Assembly (NCBI GenBank): GCA_040265115.1
Contig: JBDQGZ010000003.1
Location: 1-35,520 of the forward strand
Direction: 5' to 3'
Length of the DNA stretch: 35,520 nucleotides
From: Candidatus Nanopelagicales bacterium
Lineage (GTDB): Bacteria > Actinomycetota > Actinomycetes > S36-B12
Each line of letters starts with the position of its first letter. The first letter of the stretch is position 1. Below, piece by piece: positions 26,561-35,520 of this stretch. The position numbers and the translations under genes were made by a program. The notes under the pieces are model-generated. The model worked only from the letters and a program-made list of their open reading frames with translations, ran no database searches and was not told the DNA's origin.

Positions 26561-27706
26561 CTAATAGCTGAAGGGCCACGCCTTGAAGTAGTTGCGCACT
26601 CTCAGCCACAGGCCATAGAGCCCTCGTGGTTCCAGGATGAGGAACACAATGATGAGGACACCGAAGATGATCGACTGCAACTCGAAGACGTTGAGCAGAC
26701 CACCCTGGCCGACGCCGGGATCGATCGGCAGGAATCCGGTGAGGGAATTGACCAGCTTCGGGAGGAGGACCACGAAGACCGCGCCCATGATCGAACCGGT
26801 GATCGTCGCCAGGCCACCGATGAAGATCACGGCGAGGAAGTCGATGGAGAGGAAGAAGTTCCAGGTCTCCGGCGAAATGCGACCGATGATGATCGACAGC
26901 AGGGCCCCGGCGATTCCGGCATAGAAGGCCGAGATCGCGAAGGCGAGTGTCTTGGTGCGCAGCAGCGAGACACCCATCACCTCCGCGGCGATATCACGAT
27001 CACGCACCGCAGCGAAGGATCGACCAAAGCGCGAGCGGGTGAAGTTGCGGGCGAGCAGCGCCATGACCACGAAGATCACCAGGCAGGTGAAGTACAGCAT
27101 CGTGAAGCGGTCGATTTCGATGCCGCCCACATCGCGGTTCTCGAATAGGTTGAAGCCGAGGAACACCGGCTCCGCAGGAGCGCGACCAACACCGGCACCA
27201 CCAGTGATCGGCTTGAGCTCTTTGAAGATGTGTTCGCCGATGAACACCAGGCCGAGGGTGAGAATCGCCAGATACAGGCCCCTCACCCGGGCGGCTAACG
27301 GGGCAATGATCGCTGCCACAACCGCGGGCACCAGCCCGGCGAGCGGCAACCAGATCGCCATATCCCAGCCCAGCCCGATGACATCTCCTCGCGATTCACC
27401 GCCGAGAACCGCCGCGGTGTAGGCGCCGACGCCGAGGAAGAAGGCTTGGGCAAGCGACACCTGACCGGCGTAGCCGGTGAGGAGGTTCAGCCCGATACCG
27501 CCGATAGAGAAGATGAACACCGTTGCTCCGAGCGCGACGAGGTCGCGGGCGAGGAAGAACGGCAAGACGACGAGCGCCACGAACCCGATGACGATCCACA
27601 GTCGCTTGGCACCGGTGTTGAAGATCGCCATTTCCGAGCGGTAGTTGGTGTACAGCCTCGGGCGACCACGGGTGGTGTGCTGGGACTTGCTGGCCGCGGA
27701 ACTCAT
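26561..27706 (-). CDS. Liv-type ABC transporter permease (LivM-like)
   Basis: GLNLLTGYAGQVSL, GLYLAILTL, SRFGRSFAAVRDRDIAAEVMG and IGGL motifs. Confidence 0.93.
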   Translation of the reverse strand: MSSAASKSQHTTRGRPRLYTNYRSEMAIFNTGAKRLWIVIGFVALVVLPFFLARDLVALGATVFIFSIGGIGLNLLTGYAGQVSLAQAFFLGVGAYTAAVLGGESRGDVIGLGWDMAIWLPLAGLVPAVVAAIIAPLAARVRGLYLAILTLGLVFIGEHIFKELKPITGGAGVGRAPAEPVFLGFNLFENRDVGGIEIDRFTMLYFTCLVIFVVMALLARNFTRSRFGRSFAAVRDRDIAAEVMGVSLLRTKTLAFAISAFYAGIAGALLSIIIGRISPETWNFFLSIDFLAVIFIGGLATITGSIMGAVFVVLLPKLVNSLTGFLPIDPGVGQGGLLNVFELQSIIFGVLIIVFLILEPRGLYGLWLRVRNYFKAWPFSY

Positions 27707-28599
27707 ACCCGGACCACCTCCTTAGTGCCGTAGAGGCCGTAGGGCCGGATCATCAGGACCACGATCATGATGATGTAGGGAACGATCACATCGAAGTTGG
27801 CACCCAGCCACGGCGCATACAGCGGCTGATAGGTGCGGGTGAGCGACTCAGCGATACCGATAATGAGTCCGGCGACCACCGAGCCCTTGATGGAATCGAG
27901 CCCACCGAGGATGATCACCGGCAGGGCCTTGAGGGCAACGAGCGCGAAGGTCGTTTCCACCCCCGAGGTGCCCGCGACGAGCATGGCGCCCGCGAGAGCG
28001 GCCATCGCTCCAGAGATTCCCCAGGACAGGCCGAACATCCGCCCGACGTTGATGCCCTGCGCGAGGCTCGTCTCCTGGTCGAACGCCGTGGCGCGCATCG
28101 CAAGGCCTGTGCGCGAACGGGTGAGGAACAGCCCGACGAGACCGATGGCGAGGAGGCCCACGATGAGGCGGGCGATGTCGACGGTGAAGACGCGAGCGCC
28201 GAGGAACTCCAAAGTGTTGAGTCCGAACGGATCGTTCACAGTGAGGAGTTCTGAGCCGAGCAGTCGGCCCGCGATGATGAGCAGAACGATAAATAAACCG
28301 ACGGTCACCGTCGCCGCAGAAAACGCAGGTCTGCCCACCATGGGACGCAACGCGACTCGCTCCGACAGCATGCCGATCGCCGCAAGCACGATCATCGCGA
28401 GGATGACCGAGATCACGAAGGGCAGACCGATGCTGACGCCGAAGTATCCGGTGAAGAAGGCACCGAGGATCATCAGCGCGGGTGTCGCAAAGTTCACAAC
28501 CCCCGTGGCGCGATAGATGATGACGAAACTGACGCCGAGCATCGCATAGACGCCACCGATTCCCAGACCGCGAATCAGCGAGCTAAGCAATTCACCCAC
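27703..28599 (-). CDS. Liv-type ABC transporter permease (LivH-like)
   Basis: IYRATGVVNFA, SRTGLAMRATA, ILGGLDSI and RPYGLYG motifs; ATGA overlap with the downstream permease. Confidence 0.93.
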   Translation of the reverse strand: MGELLSSLIRGLGIGGVYAMLGVSFVIIYRATGVVNFATPALMILGAFFTGYFGVSIGLPFVISVILAMIVLAAIGMLSERVALRPMVGRPAFSAATVTVGLFIVLLIIAGRLLGSELLTVNDPFGLNTLEFLGARVFTVDIARLIVGLLAIGLVGLFLTRSRTGLAMRATAFDQETSLAQGINVGRMFGLSWGISGAMAALAGAMLVAGTSGVETTFALVALKALPVIILGGLDSIKGSVVAGLIIGIAESLTRTYQPLYAPWLGANFDVIVPYIIMIVVLMIRPYGLYGTKEVVRV

Positions 28600-28602
28600 G
28601 TG

Positions 28603-30513
28603 TCACTCCTCGACTCGTGCGACGACGATGACGTCAGATTGATCGCCACCAGGCAGAGCATCTGCTCCCGAATACATGTCGTCGATCAAGGGGCCGAACG
28701 TCTTGGTGAGCGCGGATCGCTTCACCTTCTGGGTCGCGGTGAGATCACCGTCCTCGTGATCGAGGGCCTTGGTGATCATGCGGAATTTCCGCAGATTCTC
28801 GACCCGAGCAGTCGCTTCATTGGTCTGCGCGATGATGCCCTGCACGAGTTTGAGGACCTCCTCACGCTCGGAGAGATCCCGATAGGTGGTGTAGGGGATG
28901 CGCTTGGCGCGCGCCCATTCACCAACGGTGTCCTCCTCGATTCCCACGAGGACGGTCAGATAGGGACGCTGATCTCCGATGACGATCGCCTCGCGAATAA
29001 ACGGGGACGCCTTCAGGGAGTTCTCCAACTCCGAGGGTGAGATGTTCTTGCCACCCGCGGTGATGATGATGTCCTTGATCCGGTCGATGATCTTCAGGTG
29101 GCTTCCGTCCACCCACTCACCCACATCCCCGGTGTGCAGCCATCCATCCGCATCGAGCGTGTCGGCGGTGGCCTCTGGCTTATTCCAATACCCCTTGAAG
29201 TTCCCTGGGTGTCGGGTGAGGATCTCGCCCGTCCCTTCGGCGAGCTTCACTTCAACTCCCGGCTGCGGCTCGCCCACCGTGCCGAGCTTGATGCGGCCGC
29301 GCTTATTGCTCGTCGCCACCGCACTGTTCTCGGTCATGCCGTAGAGCTCGTTGATGCGCACACCCATCATGAAGAAGAAGAACAGCACTTCCGGCGAGAT
29401 GGGAGCGGCGGCGGACGCGGATGCGCGCGCCTTTTGCAAACCGATGCGCTCACGCAGTGCGCGATAGAGGAAGACATAGCCGAAGGCATAGCGGATCCGG
29501 CTCCACAGCGTGTGTTCACCACCGTTGGCGAGCATCGAATTCGCGATGCCGCGGCCCACCTTCATCCAGAGCATGTAGTTGGCCTTCTTGATCCAGGAGG
29601 CGGCTGCCATCCGAACCTCGACACCGGCCTTGAGCTTCTCCCAGATGCGGGGGACGGCGAAGAACAGGGTCGGCTGCACCTCCCGCAGGTTCGTGGTGAC
29701 GGTGTCGATCGACTCCGCGAAATGCACGACCGCGCCGGACACCGCATTCGTCCACGTCGTGACGGCTCGCTCCGCGACGTGGCACAGCGGCAGGTAGGAC
29801 AGGATCACGTCGCTCGGATTCGGCGGCGGTTCGTAGAGCCCGCCGCCGTTGACGATGACACCGCTGGCGAACTCGACGTTGGCGTTGCTCAGCATCGCAC
29901 CCTTGGGCGGGCCGGTCGTCCCCGAGGTGTAGACGAGGGTGACGATGTCTTCGGGCTCCACCTCTCTCGCGATGCGATCGAGCGCATCGGGGAATGCCTC
30001 ACGGTGCGCGCGACCCCGGTCGATGAACGCCTGCCAGTCGAGCAACTTCGGGTGATCGATCGAGGAGACACCGCGCGGCTCGAGATAGACGATCCACTCA
30101 AGGTTCGGGCACTGGTCTTCCACCGCAAGTGCCTTGTCGACCTGCTCTTGATCCTCGGCGATGAGCACGCGGGTGCCGGAGTCGGCGAGCAGATAGGCGA
30201 CCTCAGGAGCCGGGTTCGTCGGGTAGAGACCGACGGTGATGCCGCGGATTGCATTGATACCCAGGTCACCGAAGAGCCACTCCGGTCGGTTCTCCGAATG
30301 GATCGCCACCCGATCACCGGTGTCGAGGCCGAGTGCGAGCAGTGCATGGCCCACCAGGCTGATCTGCTCGGCGTAGTCATTCCAGGTGATGTCTTGCCAC
30401 ACGCCGAGTCGCTTCGCCCGCATCGCCACGCCGTTGCCTTCGAAGGTCGCGCGTCGCTGGACCTCCTTGAGCAGCGTCCATGTCGTGGTCGTGGAGTCAG
30501 CCACCGCCGTCAT
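28603..30513 (-). CDS. AMP-dependent long-chain acyl-CoA synthetase (FadD-like)
   Basis: YTSGTTGPPKG, SYLPLCH, YGMTE, GWLHTGDVG, DRIKDIIITAGGKNISP and LTATQKVKR motifs. Confidence 0.93.
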   Translation of the reverse strand: MTAVADSTTTTWTLLKEVQRRATFEGNGVAMRAKRLGVWQDITWNDYAEQISLVGHALLALGLDTGDRVAIHSENRPEWLFGDLGINAIRGITVGLYPTNPAPEVAYLLADSGTRVLIAEDQEQVDKALAVEDQCPNLEWIVYLEPRGVSSIDHPKLLDWQAFIDRGRAHREAFPDALDRIAREVEPEDIVTLVYTSGTTGPPKGAMLSNANVEFASGVIVNGGGLYEPPPNPSDVILSYLPLCHVAERAVTTWTNAVSGAVVHFAESIDTVTTNLREVQPTLFFAVPRIWEKLKAGVEVRMAAASWIKKANYMLWMKVGRGIANSMLANGGEHTLWSRIRYAFGYVFLYRALRERIGLQKARASASAAAPISPEVLFFFFMMGVRINELYGMTENSAVATSNKRGRIKLGTVGEPQPGVEVKLAEGTGEILTRHPGNFKGYWNKPEATADTLDADGWLHTGDVGEWVDGSHLKIIDRIKDIIITAGGKNISPSELENSLKASPFIREAIVIGDQRPYLTVLVGIEEDTVGEWARAKRIPYTTYRDLSEREEVLKLVQGIIAQTNEATARVENLRKFRMITKALDHEDGDLTATQKVKRSALTKTFGPLIDDMYSGADALPGGDQSDVIVVARVEE

Positions 30514-30562
30514 CGTTCACCCCTCGAGATCTCGTGGTTCGTCATCCTGGTTGTCATCGCCG

Positions 30563-31342
30563 TCACATCACTTCTTCGCCCAGGTAAGCCCGGATGACGT
30601 TCGGATCGGCCTGGACGACCTCGGGGGTGCCCAGAGCGATCTGCTCGCCGAAGTCCAAGACGAGCACCCGGTCAGCAAGATCCATGACTAAGCCCATGTC
30701 GTGCTCGACGAGGATCATGGAGATCCCCATCTCGGATCGCACGTCGAGGATGAATCGAGCCATGTCCTCGGTTTCCTCGACGTTCATGCCCGCCACGGGT
30801 TCGTCGAGGAGTAGCAGTTTGGGCTGCATCGCGAGCGCACGTCCGAGTTCCACGCGCTTTTTCACGCCGTACGGCAACATCCCCACGGGGAAGGTTCGGT
30901 AGCTCTCGATGTCGAGGAAGTCGATGATGTCCTCGACCACTGCACGGTTTTCGACCTCCTGGCGACGCACCTTCGGGGTGAACAGGAAGGAAGAAAGAAC
31001 CGAATAGTCCATGTGGCTGCCCCGACCCAGCATGAGGTTGTCCAGCACAGTGAGGTTGTCGAACAACTCGATGTTCTGGAACATGCGCGACACACCGAGG
31101 TGAGCGATCTTCTCCGGGGTCAGGCCGATGAGCTCCTGATCGGCGAAGACGATGCTCCCTTCCTGCGGCTTGTAGACACCCGAGATGCAATTGAAGATCG
31201 ATGTCTTTCCCGCACCGTTGGGGCCGATCACGGCGAAGAGCTCGCCCTCGTTCACCGAGAAACTGACACCGCGCAGGGCTTTCGTGCCGCCGAAGGACAG
31301 CGCGAGATCCGTCGCCTGCAGGATCGAGCTCAACTCAACCAC
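30563..31342 (-). CDS. ABC transporter ATP-binding protein (LivG-like)
   Basis: GPNGAGKT Walker A, LPYG signature, LLLDEP and VEHD; the true start may be TTG 31333, overlapping the upstream stop. Confidence 0.93.
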   Translation of the reverse strand: MVELSSILQATDLALSFGGTKALRGVSFSVNEGELFAVIGPNGAGKTSIFNCISGVYKPQEGSIVFADQELIGLTPEKIAHLGVSRMFQNIELFDNLTVLDNLMLGRGSHMDYSVLSSFLFTPKVRRQEVENRAVVEDIIDFLDIESYRTFPVGMLPYGVKKRVELGRALAMQPKLLLLDEPVAGMNVEETEDMARFILDVRSEMGISMILVEHDMGLVMDLADRVLVLDFGEQIALGTPEVVQADPNVIRAYLGEEVM

Positions 31343-32154
31343 CTCTTGCGTCGCCGGTACTGCTTCACATCTCGCAGCGATCCACGTTCGTCACCGCGCA
31401 GGCCGAGATAGAACTCCTTGACGTCGTCGTCCTCGCGCAACTGAGCCGCCGGCTTGTCCATGACGATCCGACCGGTCTCGAGCACGTATCCGTGGGTGGC
31501 GATCGACAACGCCATCGAGGCGTTCTGTTCCACCAGGAGGACCGACGTCCCCGACTCGTTGATCTGCACGATCAGGTCACGCAATTGCTGGATGATCTTC
31601 GGCGCCACACCCAGGGATGGTTCGTCGAGCAGCAGGTACTTCGGCTGAGACATGAGGGCTCGGCCGATCGCTAGCATCTGCTGCTCCCCGCCCGAGAGAT
31701 AGCCGGCCGTCTGCTTCCGGCGCTCAGCCAACACGGGGAACATCGAGTAGGCCCGCTCCAAACCCTCGGCAATCTGGGCTCGGGTCGCGGTGTGCCCTCC
31801 GGCGCGCAGGTTCTCATCGACGGTGAACTCGCGGAAGATCCGCCGACCCTCCATTACCTGGCCGATCCCCGAGGCGACGATCTCCGGCGCCGACTTCCCC
31901 TGGATGTCCTCCCCGTCCAGGCTCACCCGGCCCTTGGAGATCTTGCCGCGGTGCACGTCGAGCAATCCGGTGATCGCCCGAAGAACGGTGGTCTTGCCGG
32001 CTCCATTTGGGCCGAGCAGAGCGACGATGGACCCTTCGGGAACCTGGAGACTGACCCCCTTCAAGACGAGGATCACATCCTCATAGACGACCTCGAGGTT
32101 CTCGACCGCGAGCACCGTCCCTCCCCTCGTACGAGCCATCGGTGACGACGGCAT
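31330..32154 (-). CDS. ABC transporter ATP-binding protein (LivF-like)
   Basis: GPNGAGKT, LSGGEQQM, LLLDEPSLG, VEQN and C-terminal YRRRKRWL; AGGAG RBS 8 nt upstream. Confidence 0.94.
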   Translation of the reverse strand: MPSSPMARTRGGTVLAVENLEVVYEDVILVLKGVSLQVPEGSIVALLGPNGAGKTTVLRAITGLLDVHRGKISKGRVSLDGEDIQGKSAPEIVASGIGQVMEGRRIFREFTVDENLRAGGHTATRAQIAEGLERAYSMFPVLAERRKQTAGYLSGGEQQMLAIGRALMSQPKYLLLDEPSLGVAPKIIQQLRDLIVQINESGTSVLLVEQNASMALSIATHGYVLETGRIVMDKPAAQLREDDDVKEFYLGLRGDERGSLRDVKQYRRRKRWLS

Positions 32155-32449
32155 GATGTGGTCTCCTGAGGCGACGAGGCCGCCCAGGTGTGGCGAACAC
32201 TGAACTTCTCAGGCTTAGCGGTTCGGTGCAACCTATCGGACAAACAGATCCTTCGTGACCGTATCGTTACGCTTCTCTCCGCGGGACCTCCGAAGGTGAC
32301 GATTCGTTCACAATCGACGCGCTCGGCGCGCAATCCCTGGGCAGAACCCCCTGTGACCTGGCAGAGTGAAAGTGCTCTCCGTGCCAGCGACACCTCTCGG
32401 TGGTCGATGACTTAAGGGACGGGGACCCTTACCAAGTTCAGGAGGACAC

Positions 32450-33802
32450 GTGAGAAGAGGACGCACAGCTACGTCCATCGCGGCCCTCGCTGCGGCCACC
32501 GCCCTGGTGCTCGCCGCGTGCGGTGGCAGCAGCGATGACGGTTCCAGCGGTGACGCCACGAGCGGTGAAGCCAGCCCGACCGGTTCATCGGTGAAGTTCG
32601 ACGTCGGAGTCACCGAGGAAGCCTGCCCCGAAGCCATCAACCCCGACAACGGGTGCATCTACCTCGGGGTGCTCTCCGACCTCACCGAGGGGCCGTTCGC
32701 GCCGCTCGCGGTCGAGGTCACCACCGGTCAGACGGACTTCTGGAAGGCGGTGAACGAGGCTGGCGGCATTGGCGGCTTCGACATCAACATCTCCCAGAAC
32801 ACCCGCGACAACAAGTACGACCCGGCTGTGCACAGCCAGGAGTACCGCGCGATCGAGCCGAACATCCTCGCGCTCGCCCAGACGCTCGGCACCCCGCAGA
32901 CCCAGGCGATCCTGCCCGACATGGAGGCCGACAACGTCGTCGGCGCACCTGCCTCCTGGTGGTCGGGATGGCAGTTCCCCGTCGATGACGGCGACCTGAT
33001 CCTGGAGTCCGGCGCCTCCTACTGCATCCAGGCCATGAGTGGCATGGACTGGTACGTCGAGACCAATGGCGCGATCTCCAAGATCATCGCGGTCGGGCCG
33101 CCCGGTGACTTCGGTGGCGACTTCGCTGCCGGCACACAGGCGTGGGCGGGAGCGAATGGCGTGGAGTTCGGTGGCTTCATCGAGTCGCTCCCGAACGCCA
33201 TCGCCGGCAACCAGGATGCGGCAGTCGCTCAGATTCTCGCCTCCGAGGCTGATGTCGTCGCACTCGGCACCGGCCCCGGTGAGGTCGCCGAGATCGTCGG
33301 CAAGGCTGTCGCCTCGGGCTTCACCGGCAAGTTCGTCGGTGCTGCTCCGACCTGGAATCCGCTGCTGCTGCAGACCGCAGCCGCACCGGCCCTCCTGGCC
33401 ACCTTCACCAACTTCGGGACCACCGCCTCCTTCGGAACGGTGGATACAACGGCGATGACGGCGATGAAGGCCCAGCTCGGTGAAGGCATCACGCCAGCGA
33501 ACGACGGCTACACCTATGGCTGGGTGTGGCAGTACCCCCTGAAGGCCGCCATCACCAAGGCCGTCGCTGCTGGCGACATCACGCGGGAGGGTCTGCGCGC
33601 CGCAGTCACCGGCGGTGTCGAGGTCGACTACGAGGGCGCTCAGCCGAACGCCATCGTCGGTGGCCCACCGGAGACGGTGGACCGCTCGGTGACGATCAAT
33701 GTGCCCGATGAGGCATCGCCCCTGGGCGTTAAGACGATCGTCAACGGCTACCTCGGACCGACAGCCGAGGCCTACGACTACTCCCAGCCCTGCTCTGGCT
33801 AG
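32450..33802 (+). CDS. ABC transporter substrate-binding lipoprotein (LivK/LivJ-like)
   Basis: Lipobox LAAC, Ser-rich linker, IYLGVLSDLTEGPFA, VNEAGGIGG and RDNKYDP; AGGAGG RBS; divergent from the permease operon. Confidence 0.92.
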   Translation: MRRGRTATSIAALAAATALVLAACGGSSDDGSSGDATSGEASPTGSSVKFDVGVTEEACPEAINPDNGCIYLGVLSDLTEGPFAPLAVEVTTGQTDFWKAVNEAGGIGGFDINISQNTRDNKYDPAVHSQEYRAIEPNILALAQTLGTPQTQAILPDMEADNVVGAPASWWSGWQFPVDDGDLILESGASYCIQAMSGMDWYVETNGAISKIIAVGPPGDFGGDFAAGTQAWAGANGVEFGGFIESLPNAIAGNQDAAVAQILASEADVVALGTGPGEVAEIVGKAVASGFTGKFVGAAPTWNPLLLQTAAAPALLATFTNFGTTASFGTVDTTAMTAMKAQLGEGITPANDGYTYGWVWQYPLKAAITKAVAAGDITREGLRAAVTGGVEVDYEGAQPNAIVGGPPETVDRSVTINVPDEASPLGVKTIVNGYLGPTAEAYDYSQPCSG

Positions 33803-33828
33803 TCCACGCCCGGTAGCCAACACGCACT

Positions 33829-33873
33829 AACCCGACCACCCCTGCCGCACTGCGGTAGGGGTGGTCGGGTTTT
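33829..33873. terminator. Long-stem intrinsic terminator between convergent genes
   Basis: AACCCGACCACCCCTGCCGCA / TGCGGTAGGGGTGGTCGGGTT inverted repeat (one G-U pair) ending in TTTT on the + strand. Confidence 0.88.
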
Positions 33874-33879
33874 GGGAAC

Positions 33880-35520
33880 TTACTTCGGGGGGAAGATGAT
33901 CCGGTTCGAGCGCTCGCCGTTCTCGGCCCGGAAGTAGACGTAGATCTTCTTGCCGGTGCGCCGCTGCCAGGTGAACTCCCCGCGGATGCCTTCGACGATG
34001 CTGACGGTGCGCACCCCGGTCCCGGGGCTGTAGGAGGTCTGGCCAGGGAACTTGTAATACGGAGTGAGGATCATCCCCTCCGGCAACCCGAACGTCGTGC
34101 CGTCGACGAGCACCCCCGGTCGGTCGCGCACGACACCGCGCTCACCGGTGATGGTGATCGAGTCGACCAGCCGACCGAAGTCGACGATGCCTGTCCCGCA
34201 CTCGGTGAGGGTGCAGGGGGATCCCACGTTGTTGGGAAACGGTTGGACCGATTCAAGCAGTCGCGACCGCACGGTGTCCGGCGAGTCGAGTCCGACGCTG
34301 TACAGCAGGGCAGCAGCAGCCGAGACGAGCGGCGTCGCCATCGACGTTCCGCGCTTGGAGCCGAAGTCGGGCTGCTCGGGACCTTGCCGGCCAGTGTTGT
34401 CGGTCGCGAGAATCGCTGAGATGGTTCCGCCGCCGGGGGCTGCGATGCTCGCGGGATCAGCGTCTGTTCCGTAGTTGGAATACGACGCTCGAGCACCATC
34501 ACGGTCGGTCGCGACGACGCTGAGCACACCGGGGCAGTTGGCCGGGACGTATTCCCCGAGCGGAGCGCTGGAGTTGCCCGCCGCGGTGATCACGAGCGCT
34601 CCACGACTGGTGGCGATGGACACTGCCTCGCTCATCGCCGTGCTGCAACTCGCGATTCCACCCAGGGACAGGTTCACCACCGACGCGGGAGTCGGATTCA
34701 CCGGAAGCGGGACTCCGGTGTTGCGGTCGAGCACGACATCGCCCACCGACCAACGCACTGCTGCGGCGATATCCGACAGGAATCCGCCGCACTTGCCCAG
34801 GGCGCGAATGTTGAGGATCGTCACGCCCGGCGCAGCGCCACTGATTCCGTAGTCGTTGTTTTGCACGGCTGCTGCGATACCCGCGACATGGGTTCCATGC
34901 CACGAGGAATTGCTCGTCGACACACAACTCGAGGGAAACTCACCCGAGGCAATATCGGCCGAAGAAACCCAATCCCCCGGATCGGCGGGGTTGGGATCCC
35001 ACGAGTCACCATCATTCGCCATGGGGATGTTCGACACGAAGTCATAGCCGGGCCGCACGGTTCCGGCCAGATCAGGGTGATCGGCCACACCGGTGTCAAT
35101 GACGGCGACGACAACACTGTCGTCACCCGTTGTGGCACCCCAGACCTGCGGCGCGCGCACCGAGAAACCGCCCGCCGTGTCATCGCTGTCCCAGAGGTAC
35201 CACTGCTCGTCGAACAGGGGGTCGTTCGGGAACACTGCCTCGGCGGGGGTGAGCAGGACATCGGGTTCGGCCCAGACGATGCCGGGTTGTGCGCTGAGTT
35301 CTTCGGCGAGCCGCTGCGCTTGCTCGAGCGGCAGGTCGCTGTCGAACTCAATGAGCGAGGTGGAGCCCGAATCCGGAACGGTCGCTCGAGGACTCATCGT
35401 GCGCACCGACCCGGGGATATCGAGCCTGATCACGACGCGATCCGCGGCTCGATCGGTCGTCGGGGCGGCGGCCAGCCCGACGCCAGTGTCGGGCTCCACC
35501 TCGCTCATTGAGTTCGACAA
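33880..35520 (-). CDS. S8 subtilisin-like serine protease, probably 5'-truncated by the window edge
   Basis: VAVIDTG, SWHGTHVAG, AAGN and GTSMATP catalytic motifs; pro-domain end WAEPD; frame is open to the window edge with no signal peptide visible. Confidence 0.92.
   Translation of the reverse strand: MSNSMSEVEPDTGVGLAAAPTTDRAADRVVIRLDIPGSVRTMSPRATVPDSGSTSLIEFDSDLPLEQAQRLAEELSAQPGIVWAEPDVLLTPAEAVFPNDPLFDEQWYLWDSDDTAGGFSVRAPQVWGATTGDDSVVVAVIDTGVADHPDLAGTVRPGYDFVSNIPMANDGDSWDPNPADPGDWVSSADIASGEFPSSCVSTSNSSWHGTHVAGIAAAVQNNDYGISGAAPGVTILNIRALGKCGGFLSDIAAAVRWSVGDVVLDRNTGVPLPVNPTPASVVNLSLGGIASCSTAMSEAVSIATSRGALVITAAGNSSAPLGEYVPANCPGVLSVVATDRDGARASYSNYGTDADPASIAAPGGGTISAILATDNTGRQGPEQPDFGSKRGTSMATPLVSAAAALLYSVGLDSPDTVRSRLLESVQPFPNNVGSPCTLTECGTGIVDFGRLVDSITITGERGVVRDRPGVLVDGTTFGLPEGMILTPYYKFPGQTSYSPGTGVRTVSIVEGIRGEFTWQRRTGKKIYVYFRAENGERSNRIIFPPK

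Noticed and set aside
29098-30597. 499-aa plus-strand ORF
   Set aside because: Antisense shadow of the acyl-CoA synthetase gene.
32585-33823. 412-aa minus-strand ORF
   Set aside because: Antisense shadow of the substrate-binding protein gene.

Overview
High-GC, densely packed chromosomal segment that looks actinobacterial (BldC, YdeP/FdhD pair, actinobacterial-type PilX, many apparently leaderless genes). I found no rRNA, tRNA, CRISPR array or mobile element. Left to right it holds: a translationally coupled minor type IV pilin operon (PilV/PilW/PilX-like) divergent from a membrane protein with degenerate GGDEF+EAL domains; a small stand-alone degenerate GGDEF protein retaining an RxxD site, coupled to an FdhF/YdeP molybdoenzyme; fdhD; a ThrE exporter, acyltransferase, ferredoxin-reductase-like enzyme and two MFS transporters; a gntR-acdS (ACC deaminase) unit with two palindromic operators; an alpha/beta-hydrolase; bldC with a 15-bp tandem repeat; WecA/MraY and epimerase genes; a secreted trypsin; a Liv-type ABC transporter with an embedded acyl-CoA synthetase; and an S8 protease running to the window edge. 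Most notable unexplained signals: (1) a candidate ~55-nt sRNA with a C7 loop behind a TTGACA-N18-TAGAGT promoter overlapped by a putative GntR operator; (2) a trypsin domain inserted into the middle of an FN3 domain, with the predicted activation site inside the FN3; (3) a pilin-linked pair of catalytically dead c-di-GMP-domain proteins sharing an xxGRI motif; (4) back-to-back leaderless promoters, one built from a perfect 14-bp palindrome. All calls come from reading motifs by eye; no database searches were run.
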